Positions 37,706-46,157 of a DNA stretch of 64,000 nucleotides are shown piece by piece. This DNA comes from Gemmatimonadota bacterium. Lineage in GTDB: Bacteria > Gemmatimonadota > Gemmatimonadetes > Palauibacterales > KS3-K002. The DNA lies in assembly GCA_039586795.1 (NCBI GenBank), contig JBDHJS010000012.1, forward strand, positions 1 to 64,000, in the 5' to 3' direction. Under the pieces are notes generated by a model. It was not told the DNA's origin. It saw only the letters and a list, made by a program, of their open reading frames with translations, and made no database searches. Each line of letters starts with the position of its first letter. Position 1 is the stretch's first letter. A program made the position numbers and the translations under genes.

Positions 37706-38154
37706 CCTGTTCCTTCCGAAACGTAGACGACACCATCTCTAATCGAGACCCTGTAACGTTTGAGAGCCTGAGTCGTCAGGCCGGCGACAACATCTCCGCG
37801 GAGGTCGTACACCATGTATCTGCAAGGTGAGAATACAGTAGACGAGTCCGGATCCCAACGGAGGAGGCAGCCATCGACGGGGGAGTCTCCCTGCACCGCA
37901 AAGTAGCTCAGGGAATCGAGTCGAACGATTAGCACGACTTCTTCACCCCAGTTGCGGACACGACTGGCGCCCACGGGAAAATCTGTCTCTCTGGCGACGC
38001 GCACGACGGGTTGAATCTCGGGGATGTTCAGATTCTCCGATGGGTTAACGTAGAAGACCGCGGCCATCGTCCCGAGCGTAAGCATCAGCAGTATCACGCC
38101 ACCCAGCAGAAGCTCGGTAAAGCCGAGTCCTGAACTCCAGCTGTCTTTGCTCAT
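37702..38154 (-). CDS. Rieske-fold protein without [2Fe-2S] ligands
   Basis: TM, then FPVGA; SPVDGC and FSPCRYMVYDLRGDVVAG..LKRYRV.IRDGVVYV align to the Rieske boxes, but the cluster Cys/His are replaced. Confidence 0.8.
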   Translation of the reverse strand: MSKDSWSSGLGFTELLLGGVILLMLTLGTMAAVFYVNPSENLNIPEIQPVVRVARETDFPVGASRVRNWGEEVVLIVRLDSLSYFAVQGDSPVDGCLLRWDPDSSTVFSPCRYMVYDLRGDVVAGLTTQALKRYRVSIRDGVVYVSEGTG

Positions 38155-38393
38155 TGGGACTCCTGCGGTCTTTGCCGGCACAAGGGAAGGTCTGCTCCAG
38201 CCGACATCCCCTGGTTCGCCGGGGTAATACGACTCGTTTGCTAGATGCCGCGGGGCTAGGCGGTCGCACTATCGATAGGCCTTGGTCTGCTACATTGAGG
38301 GAAGGCATCGAGCCGCGCAAGGCCTGGCAACCCTTGGTGGTAAGGTGTCATGGTCCTGCTTTCGGTGAGTGTTTGAACGGTTATCTTTAAACT

Positions 38394-38825
38394 ATGAAGC
38401 TGAGAAACCTATCTTTGGTCGTCCTGCTAGCTCTGGCGGTCGCCGCCTGTGCCGATGAAAAAGCTACTGGCAACGTCGCCGGCCCGCTCGTCGGGCCGCG
38501 GATCATCGAGTCGCAGCTGGCACTCGAGGTGATCGATGGCGCCCCGGCTGGAATAACGGACATCTTCGCTCTGGAAGAGTTCGTCAATCTATGGATCCAC
38601 TGGGGCGGCCTGGAGCCGCCACACGAGGTGGAAGCGGTCTGGTGGGATCCTCTGGACAACAACGTATCGACAACGCTGGATATCACTGAGGATGCTCCAG
38701 AACAGGTTACTGTTTTCACATTGGAGTTGGTGCAATTCTCGGTGACCGGGCGTTGGGAAGTGGAGGTCTATCTCGACGGCGTGTTCATGCGGAGCATCTT
38801 GTTTAACGTCGTTAGCGATCTTTGA
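38394..38825 (+). CDS. Hypothetical lipoprotein (Ig-like beta domain likely)
   Basis: Lipobox VAAC; GRWEVEVYLDG ... F.V C-terminal pattern. Confidence 0.7.
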   Translation: MKLRNLSLVVLLALAVAACADEKATGNVAGPLVGPRIIESQLALEVIDGAPAGITDIFALEEFVNLWIHWGGLEPPHEVEAVWWDPLDNNVSTTLDITEDAPEQVTVFTLELVQFSVTGRWEVEVYLDGVFMRSILFNVVSDL

Positions 38826-38965
38826 GCCAGGAGATTAACCGCCCGTTCGTCCCGCCCAGCGTATATCTGTCCTGTTCTTCTAGTGATTGACAACGGCGAC
38901 GTACTTCCGGCACTTTGTTTGTAGACGCGCCGGCGTCCCCTACCGAAAACTCAGCGTGGAACTGT

Positions 38966-39241
38966 ATGACCGTCTCTCAGTGGTTCGGCATCGCGGCAAC
39001 ACTTCTCTTCCTGGCACTGCTTGTGGCGGCGGGTGTCGTGGTCCTGTTGCGGCGTCGGCGGGCGGAGTCGCCGCCCCAGGCCGGCTGGATGACCGATCAG
39101 ATGGTGCATCAAATTATCCGTCAGGGCACGCTGAGCGCGCGCTACGTGCCCGAAGAGGCGCTCGATATGGAGGAAATCGAAAAGGAGGAAGAGCGCTTCT
39201 GGTCCGAGACCTGGGATGAAAGCGAACCCTATTGGGAATAG
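38966..39241 (+). CDS. Small single-TM hypothetical protein
   Basis: Hydrophobic N-terminus, RRRR stop-transfer, acidic tail LDMEEIEKEEERFWSETWDE. Confidence 0.65.
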   Translation: MTVSQWFGIAATLLFLALLVAAGVVVLLRRRRAESPPQAGWMTDQMVHQIIRQGTLSARYVPEEALDMEEIEKEEERFWSETWDESEPYWE

Positions 39242-39649
39242 GGGTTACGGGGTCTGTCGGCTTAGCCAGCAACCGCCTCGAATACTTCTTCGTCTTCCGG
39301 AAACCGCCCCGCTTGCAGTTTTGAAAAGACCAGCTCACCGTCACGGCGTATCTCGAAAGCGCCACCCCCGCTCTCGATCAGCTCGGTCTCGATGTCCTCG
39401 AAACGCTCTCGAAGTACGTCCGCCAACCTGGCGGCGCGTGGTTGGTAGTTTCAAACGACGCAGTATTCGATGCTTACGTGCATTGTCTCTCACTCCGTAG
39501 TTCTAACTTGCACTCTAATATGCTCGGTTGACCGTCCGTATGGGCGAGTCTAATTTGAACGTCGAACTTCCATCGTCGCAAGGCGCGCAAGATCCGGTCC
39601 TCACGATCGGCTGTGCAGAGTCTGTCAAAGTGGGAGCTTATCGCCCAGC

Positions 39650-40498
39650 ATGATGCGATTCATCAAGAAGATCCTCAAAGGTCCTGAAAAGCCGGATAGC
39701 GCTGGTGACGCGTCCGCGATTATGGCCAGTGAGGACCTGGAGCGCATCGAGCAGGAGCTGAAGAAGGTGGGCCACGGCTACGAGGCTGCGCGGCTGCTCA
39801 ACCGGGCCGGCGACCTCTACCTTGTGAAGTCGGACCGGGAGCGAGCGTTGAAGCGGTATGGAGAGGCCATCGACGCTTACTTGCAGTCGGGTGAGTACGA
39901 TAACGCCATGGCGGTCTGCCGGAAGATCATCCGGGTCGTCCCGGAGGTGATCCGGACCCGCCGTACATTGGCCTGGCTGTGCCTCGGCAAAGGGTTTCTG
40001 GAGATCGCTCGGGAGCATATCGAAGCCTACGTACACGCGTCAAAGGAAGCGGCGCTCGAGTTGCTGGCCGTGCAACATCTGCTGCTGATGAGTCAGTACG
40101 TCGATCGTGCCGATTTCCGGGAGTTCCTTGCCGGACAGCTGATCGAGCTTGGCGATGAGAAGGCAGCAGGTCGAGTGCGTGAGGGGAAGGCCCGGGACGG
40201 AGTTCGCGCCGCCGGCTGGACTCCGGTCGTGTTCGCCGCCATGCTGACGCCGGACGACTTGCGGCATGCGGCCGAAAAGGGGGTCGAAATCAAGGCACCG
40301 ACCGACGCTGGCGGTGCCAACGAGGTCAGCATTAAAGGTTTCGAAGCTCTCCTGATCGATCCCGACGCCGCCGCGGCGCTGGAGGAAGCGGCGGCCGCGC
40401 GCGAGGCAGTGGCGGAAGTAGATGGGAATGATCTCGATGAGGGACCCGAAAGGTCGACCGAAGGTGACGAACGAGAGGGAAGCGACAGCCATAACTAG
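39650..40498 (+). CDS. Helical-repeat (TPR/SNAP-like) hypothetical protein
   Basis: NRAGDLYL..DRERALKRYGEAIDAYLQSGEYDNAMAVCRKII pattern; acidic tail; GGGAG RBS. Confidence 0.75.
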   Translation: MMRFIKKILKGPEKPDSAGDASAIMASEDLERIEQELKKVGHGYEAARLLNRAGDLYLVKSDRERALKRYGEAIDAYLQSGEYDNAMAVCRKIIRVVPEVIRTRRTLAWLCLGKGFLEIAREHIEAYVHASKEAALELLAVQHLLLMSQYVDRADFREFLAGQLIELGDEKAAGRVREGKARDGVRAAGWTPVVFAAMLTPDDLRHAAEKGVEIKAPTDAGGANEVSIKGFEALLIDPDAAAALEEAAAAREAVAEVDGNDLDEGPERSTEGDEREGSDSHN

Positions 40499-40598
40499 CC
40501 GCCGACCGACACCTGCTGTTAGTTAGATCCTCCCAGTATGATCACCCCATGAGATTGACCATCCCGAACGACCGGTGCCCGCCGCGGCGTTGGCTATT

Positions 40599-41723
40599 AT
40601 GATGAGCGACATGAACCGACGCGACGGCCTGAAGGCCGAGGTGTTGAGCTACATGCGGCGTGGCATAGACGCACCGAAAGACGAAGACGGTTTCCTTCGG
40701 CTGGCGCTGGCGGTTTTCGAATACCAGTTCACGGAGAATGAGCCCTACCGTCGGTACTGCGAGCGGCGACGCGTGACGCCGGACAAAGTCACCGACTGGC
40801 GGCGAATCCCGGCCGTGCCGACCGCCGCATTCAAAGAAGCGGGCTTGATTTGCGGGGGGACTGACAAGGCCGAAATCGTCTTTCGGACCAGCGGCACCAG
40901 CCAGGGTCGAGAGCGGCGCGGCGCCCACTACGTCCGGGACCTCGAGTTATATGAGGCATCCGCGCTCCCAAACTTCGCCGCGCATCTGCTTCCCGATGGT
41001 GCGCATCTCCGCACGTTGGTGCTGGGCCCTAGCTCGAACCTGGCGCAGGATTCATCGCTGTCCTGGATGCTCGATTTGGTACGGTGCACCTATGGAACGG
41101 CGGGAAGCGCCCACTATGTGGATGAGGAAGGATTGCAGGTCGAACGGCTGTTAGGCGAGCTCGAGGGCTGTGAGAAGCAGGGTCGGCCGGTCATGCTGCT
41201 AGGCACGGCCGCGGCATTCGTTCACGTGCTAGACGCGCTGGAGGCACGCCAGCGAACGCTACGCCTTGCTCCGGGCACCCGCTTGATGGAGACTGGCGGC
41301 ACCAAGGGGATAGATCATGAGATGCGTCGAGATGAGCTTTACCGCGCGTTGACCAGCCGCCTTGGAGTCTCCGGTCTGTACTGCATCGCCGAGTATGGTA
41401 TGACGGAGATGTGCTCGCAGTTCTACGACAACGTTTTGCGCGAGCGGGCGCGAGCTCGACCGGTGTGGAAGCGCTACAAGACGATACCACCGTGGGTACG
41501 CACGCAAGTGGTCGACGCAGAGTCGCTCGAGCCGGTCGACGACGGAAACGTCGGACTTCTGCGCCATCTCGACCTCGCCAATTTCGATTCGGTGATGGCG
41601 ATCTTGACCGAAGATATTGGCGTTACAGGTAACGGTGGTTTCGAGATCCTCGGCCGAGCGGCCGGCGCTGAGTTGCGTGGCTGCTCGTTGGCAATGTCCC
41701 AATGGGTGAAGACGCAAGAATAG
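40599..41723 (+). CDS. LuxE-family acyl-protein synthetase
   Basis: IPAVPTAAFK; FRTSGTS; SSLSWM; METGGTKG; EYGMTEMCSQFY; DLAN; TEDIG; ILGRA.GAELRGCS. Start uncertain (40575, 40599 or 40611). Confidence 0.88.
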   Translation: MMSDMNRRDGLKAEVLSYMRRGIDAPKDEDGFLRLALAVFEYQFTENEPYRRYCERRRVTPDKVTDWRRIPAVPTAAFKEAGLICGGTDKAEIVFRTSGTSQGRERRGAHYVRDLELYEASALPNFAAHLLPDGAHLRTLVLGPSSNLAQDSSLSWMLDLVRCTYGTAGSAHYVDEEGLQVERLLGELEGCEKQGRPVMLLGTAAAFVHVLDALEARQRTLRLAPGTRLMETGGTKGIDHEMRRDELYRALTSRLGVSGLYCIAEYGMTEMCSQFYDNVLRERARARPVWKRYKTIPPWVRTQVVDAESLEPVDDGNVGLLRHLDLANFDSVMAILTEDIGVTGNGGFEILGRAAGAELRGCSLAMSQWVKTQE

Positions 41724-43114
41724 AGTTCTATTGGCCGCCCGAGTGGCCGGGCGGCCCGACGAAGCCCGCGCTCCGGTTCGAAGAGCGAGGATTTGGACCC
41801 GATCGTGTCGTGGGTCGGTTCCCACTGCTCGCGACGGAGAGCCTGACTCAGCTGCTCAGCGCGCTCCGGACTCGTGGCGTCGATACATTGCGCCGCTTCA
41901 CTGTTAGGGAGATCACCGAGGCGATCGAAGCGGCAACGCGCGAGTTGGTCGAGCCCGGTAAACTGCATCGTCAGGAGCTCGTTGAAACGCTTCCTCGACT
42001 TACGGGCTACTCGCCGCGGATGATCGAAATCGGGCTCGAGCGGATGGGCGCCAACTGGACCTCGATCGCGCTCCGCGAAGCGCTCGTCAGGGAGTTCGGT
42101 AGTCTGGAGGTGCTGGATGATTTTCAGCCGTGCGGTCAGGGCCGGCACCAGAAAGCCTTCGGCCCCGGGCTCACCGTCCACATCTTTAGCGGCAATATTC
42201 CCGGCGTGGCGGTGACCAGTCTGATCCGGGCTCTCTGTGTGAAGTCGCCGAGTTTTGGAAAAACGGCGGCAGGAGAACCGTATTCAGCCGTGTGCTTCGC
42301 TAGAGCATTGGCGAGCGTGAGCGCGGACCTGGCGAGTTGTCTTGCGGTTACCTATTGGCCGGGCGGATCGAAGGAATTGGAACGTGCTGCTTTCGCCGCC
42401 GCCGATGCGGTCGTTGCTTACGGGAGCGACGATACCATAGATGAGATTAGCGGTCTCGTACCGTCACATTGTCGGCTTCTCCGGTACCCGAACCGCTTCG
42501 GAGTTGCGGTCATCTCGGGGAAGGCTCTGTCGGAAGGGAGCCCGGCGGAGCTAGCTCTGGCCGTCGCGAAAGATGTCTCGACTTTCGATCAGCAGGGATG
42601 TGTGTCGCCTCATGCCGTGTTCGTCGAAGAGGGAGGAGATGTATCCGCCGTCGACTTCGGCAGGCTGCTGGCCGATGCGATGGAAAGTGTGGCGAAAGAG
42701 GTACCGCGAGGAGCGGCGCGTGTGGAGGAATCGTCTCTCATCCACCAGGTTCGGGGCCAGGCAGAGATGCGTGGCGCCGAGGTGATCACCAGCCACAAGG
42801 GGACAGAGTGGACGGTGATCGTGGAGCGCCGCGACCGGTTCGAGCCGTCGCCGCTCAATCGAGTGATTCACGTCACGGCTGTCGGTGAACTGAACGAAGC
42901 GCTGACCGCTCTGGAGAGCGTGGGCCGCCATCTGCAAACCGTGGCTATCGGCGCGGTGCCGGGGGAAATCGAGGCGCTGGCGGAAAGGCTCGGTTCCATA
43001 GGGGCCACTCGGCTGGTGCCGGTGGGAGAAGCCGCCTGGCCAGCGGCGGACTGGCGTCACGACGGTCGCTACCAGTTTGCCGATCTGGTTCGCTTCGTCG
43101 ATCTCGAAATATAG
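41702..43114 (+). CDS. LuxC-family acyl-CoA reductase
   Basis: HIFSGNIP; YWPGG; VVAYGSD; FDQQGCVSPH with the catalytic Cys; HLQTV; WRHDG. Confidence 0.88.
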   Translation: MGEDARIEFYWPPEWPGGPTKPALRFEERGFGPDRVVGRFPLLATESLTQLLSALRTRGVDTLRRFTVREITEAIEAATRELVEPGKLHRQELVETLPRLTGYSPRMIEIGLERMGANWTSIALREALVREFGSLEVLDDFQPCGQGRHQKAFGPGLTVHIFSGNIPGVAVTSLIRALCVKSPSFGKTAAGEPYSAVCFARALASVSADLASCLAVTYWPGGSKELERAAFAAADAVVAYGSDDTIDEISGLVPSHCRLLRYPNRFGVAVISGKALSEGSPAELALAVAKDVSTFDQQGCVSPHAVFVEEGGDVSAVDFGRLLADAMESVAKEVPRGAARVEESSLIHQVRGQAEMRGAEVITSHKGTEWTVIVERRDRFEPSPLNRVIHVTAVGELNEALTALESVGRHLQTVAIGAVPGEIEALAERLGSIGATRLVPVGEAAWPAADWRHDGRYQFADLVRFVDLEI

Positions 43115-43130
43115 CTGGCCGCCGCGGCCC

Positions 43131-44075
43131 TCATTCCGCCGGATACTGAGGCGCGGTGCGTTCCACGCGAGCCAGGCGGACCGTGACGGTGCCGGCGATG
43201 ATGGCCGCAGCGCCCACCATCTGCAGCCAGTTCGGGGTCTCTCCTAGCGTCATCCAGGCGATCACCAACGCTACCACAGGTATCAGGTTCGAGTAGACGG
43301 CCGTGCGAGTATTGCCGATCTGTCGGATGCTGAAGTACCAGATGAGATAGGCTAGGGCGATGGCGAACGCTCCGCTGTAGAACAACGCGAGCCATGAGAT
43401 CGGTCGCACGATCGCCCAGTCTTGCTGCAGGAAGGCGGGCACAGACGCCGCCACCAGCCCAATACAACCGGTCCACATTGTCACGGCGGTGACCGGTAAT
43501 GGGCCGTATCGTCGGACGAATGGGTTCGAGCCCACCGTATAAGCGGACCAGGCGGCGGAGGCGGTCAGCATCGTCAGGTCGCCACGCACCGTGCTGGCGC
43601 CAAAACTGACGGCCGTCGTCCCCCCCCACACGACGAGACCGATCCCGACGAACGATATGACGACTCCAAGCCAGGCAGCGGGACCGATCTGTTCCTGGCG
43701 AAACGTCACTGACAACAGGGTCGTGAAGATCGGCGTCGTTGCCAGCATCAGGCTGGCGTTGCCTGCCAGGGTCCAGTCGATGCCGTAGATGAAGAGGATC
43801 TGATAGACAGTGTTGCCGAGAACACCGAGACCGATCAACGCTGGCCAGTGTCGACGGTCGATGGGCGCCGTTCGTTTTCCCAGCGTCACGACCAGCCACA
43901 GCAAGCTCGACGCCAGCAGGAACCGAATACCGTTAAACGCCAGCGGGTCGAAATCGCGCAGAGCGTACTTGACCACCGAGAAGTTCGAGGCCCAAACGAA
44001 GATCAGCACCGCCAATGCCCCATAGGTAAAGGCGTGTGAAGATCCTTCTCTAGGCGGCTGTCGATTCGTCACCAT
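43131..44075 (-). CDS. DMT/EamA-family transporter
   Basis: 10 TM in two repeats; VWASNFSVVK; NLIPVVAL; LGE. Confidence 0.9.
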   Translation of the reverse strand: MVTNRQPPREGSSHAFTYGALAVLIFVWASNFSVVKYALRDFDPLAFNGIRFLLASSLLWLVVTLGKRTAPIDRRHWPALIGLGVLGNTVYQILFIYGIDWTLAGNASLMLATTPIFTTLLSVTFRQEQIGPAAWLGVVISFVGIGLVVWGGTTAVSFGASTVRGDLTMLTASAAWSAYTVGSNPFVRRYGPLPVTAVTMWTGCIGLVAASVPAFLQQDWAIVRPISWLALFYSGAFAIALAYLIWYFSIRQIGNTRTAVYSNLIPVVALVIAWMTLGETPNWLQMVGAAAIIAGTVTVRLARVERTAPQYPAE

Positions 44076-44127
44076 TCACCCGATATTACGGTCGGCCAGC
44101 GCCGGTCTGGCGGTCAACGTTCATGCG

Positions 44128-45318
44128 ATGAACCAAAATAAGCTCATGACTGTAGATACAGTCCCCTACGACGTTCGCGCGCTCAGGCGTTCCGAGTTCC
44201 CCGTCTTCGAAGAAAGCGGAGCCGTCTACCTCAACTCGGCTTCGGTGGGTCCGCTGCCGGCGCGGACCCGCCTGGCCCTTCAGGAGTTTGCCGAGCAGGC
44301 TGGAGCGCCGGATCACCGCGTTCACGACTACGTCATCGAGATCCCGGGAACCGCCAGGAGACTAGCTGCTCAGCTCATCGGTGCACAGCCCCACGAGATC
44401 GCGCTGGGATCAAACACCACGTTCGGGCTCGCGCTCGCGGCGACCGCGTTGCCGATCGAACCCGGCGACACGGTATTGCTGCTGGACGGTGAGTTTCCGG
44501 CGAACATCTACCCATGGCTCAACCTGGAGCGGCGCGGCATTCGTGTGGAGCTGTTGCCGCGAGACTCGCGTGGACTTCCCAACGAGGAAGCCGCCCTCGA
44601 GCGCCTGGCGCGAGGTGACGTTCGCGTCTTCTCCGCCTCGCTTGTGAACTTCTTCTCCGGATTCCGACTCGACCTGGAAACGGTTTCTCGGGAGTGTCGG
44701 CGGCACGGAACCTACTTCGTCGTTGATGCAATACAAGCGCTGGGCGCCGTACCGATTGACGTCTCGTCGATTCCGGTCGATATCCTGGCATCGGGCTGTC
44801 AGAAATGGCTGCTCAGCCCCAACGGCTCCGGTTTTGTCTACGTTCGCGAGGGGCTGTTCGATACCCTGGACCCGGCCACCGTCGGCTGGCTTTCGTTCAA
44901 GCCGTCGCAGGACTTCACAAACCTGACGAACTACTCCTTTGATTTCTTGGACGATGCGAGGCGGTTCGAGCTCGGGTCGCTGTCCTTCTACTGCTTCAAG
45001 GGAATGAACTACTCGTTGTCGCTGCTTCTCGAGCTGGGGGTACCGGCGATTCGTGATCATCTTCTGCGAGTCCAGGCTCTCCTGGTCGACTGGGTAGAGT
45101 CGTCGGGTCGGGCTGAATGGGTCAGCGATCCCAGCCCTGGCCGCAGATCGGGCATTCTCAGTTTCCGCGTGTCCGATCCGCTCGGGGTCGACAAGAGACT
45201 ACAGGCGGCTCGTATCACGGCCTCGGTTCGCGAGGGAGCCATTCGTGTGGCGACGCATGCGTTCAATACGGAGGACGAAATCGAGAAGTTGATAACCGCT
45301 GTGGAGTCGGCGCGTTGA
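44128..45318 (+). CDS. Class V PLP-dependent aminotransferase-fold enzyme
   Basis: YLNSASVGP; EFPAN; VDAIQALG; CQKWLLSP (PLP Lys); ARRFELGS; IRVATHAFN. Confidence 0.88.
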   Translation: MNQNKLMTVDTVPYDVRALRRSEFPVFEESGAVYLNSASVGPLPARTRLALQEFAEQAGAPDHRVHDYVIEIPGTARRLAAQLIGAQPHEIALGSNTTFGLALAATALPIEPGDTVLLLDGEFPANIYPWLNLERRGIRVELLPRDSRGLPNEEAALERLARGDVRVFSASLVNFFSGFRLDLETVSRECRRHGTYFVVDAIQALGAVPIDVSSIPVDILASGCQKWLLSPNGSGFVYVREGLFDTLDPATVGWLSFKPSQDFTNLTNYSFDFLDDARRFELGSLSFYCFKGMNYSLSLLLELGVPAIRDHLLRVQALLVDWVESSGRAEWVSDPSPGRRSGILSFRVSDPLGVDKRLQAARITASVREGAIRVATHAFNTEDEIEKLITAVESAR

Positions 45319-45334
45319 TGTACGGGGGGACCGA

Positions 45335-46147
45335 GTGAGTACGCATGCCGTAATCCGATCGCCAGTCGTACCGGTGAGGGCTGAGCCCAGTGTGCGGGCC
45401 GAAATGGTCTCGCAGGAGGTTTTGGGTTCGGCGGTGAAGGTCCTGGCTCGGGATGGAGAGTGGGCGCGCATTCGTGGGTACGACGGGTACGAGGGGTGGA
45501 TCAGTACTGGCGGCTTCATCGACTGCGATGCGGATACTGCCGAAGCCTGGTGGGATGAGACCGGCGGCGTGCCGGCGTTGTCACTCGACGCACTCCTCGA
45601 GGACGAGAACGGCGGCACCCTCGCCCGCCTGCCCTGGGGCGCGCGAGTCGCCAGAAGCGGTGCGAAGCTCACGTTGCCGGACGGACGTAGCGGTCGTCTC
45701 GGTGCCGGAGAGTTGGTCGGCTGGAGCGAACTGGGTGAGCGGTTTCCAGGTGATGGTGCGGCCGTCGTCAGAACGGCGACGGCTTGGGCGGGTGCTCCCT
45801 ATCTTTGGGGCGGGCGTACGCGCTGGGGCGTCGATTGCTCGGGCTTCGTACAGGCGGTGTATCGTCTCCACGGATTCCTGCTTCCGCGGGACAGTTACCA
45901 GCAGCTGGAGTACGGTGAGCCAATCGAAGTGGAGGCGCACTTCGAGGAGCTACGACCCGGCGACCTCGTCTTCTTCAAGGCTACCGATTCGGAGAGGATC
46001 GTTCACGTAGCGTTCTCCGCGGGTGGATCCAGGATCATACATGCGGCGTTGGGGAACGGCGTGATCCAGGAGGATGACCTGCGTGAGACGGGCCTCGGGA
46101 TCGAGCTCGCCGGTCGGGTGGCAGGAGTTCGCCGCTTCTTTGTCTAG
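45335..46147 (+). CDS. SH3 + NlpC/P60 peptidase (gamma-D-glutamyl dipeptidyl-peptidase VI/YkfC-like)
   Basis: EMVSQ ... DGYEGWI SH3b; PYLWGG..WGVDCSGFVQ; LPRDS.QQ; PGDLVFF; HV..HA. Confidence 0.9.
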   Translation: MSTHAVIRSPVVPVRAEPSVRAEMVSQEVLGSAVKVLARDGEWARIRGYDGYEGWISTGGFIDCDADTAEAWWDETGGVPALSLDALLEDENGGTLARLPWGARVARSGAKLTLPDGRSGRLGAGELVGWSELGERFPGDGAAVVRTATAWAGAPYLWGGRTRWGVDCSGFVQAVYRLHGFLLPRDSYQQLEYGEPIEVEAHFEELRPGDLVFFKATDSERIVHVAFSAGGSRIIHAALGNGVIQEDDLRETGLGIELAGRVAGVRRFFV

Positions 46148-46157
46148 CGCCCAAGCA

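Noticed and set aside
37702..38154. Rieske pseudogene
   Set aside because: The frame is intact and coupled to the next gene, and the substitutions are concentrated at cofactor-related positions, which fits specialisation better than decay.
38225..38235. TAATACGACTC, a partial T7 promoter match
   Set aside because: Only 11 nt match, and there is no phage or vector context.
39242..39649. RNA gene or small ORF in the 400-bp gap
   Set aside because: I could not recognise a tRNA, riboswitch or convincing coding signal; left unannotated.
40599..43114. Bioluminescence operon
   Set aside because: No luxA, luxB, luxD or luxG in the window.
44128..45318. Cysteine desulfurase (sufS/iscS)
   Set aside because: The catalytic Cys loop is absent and there are no suf/isc neighbours.
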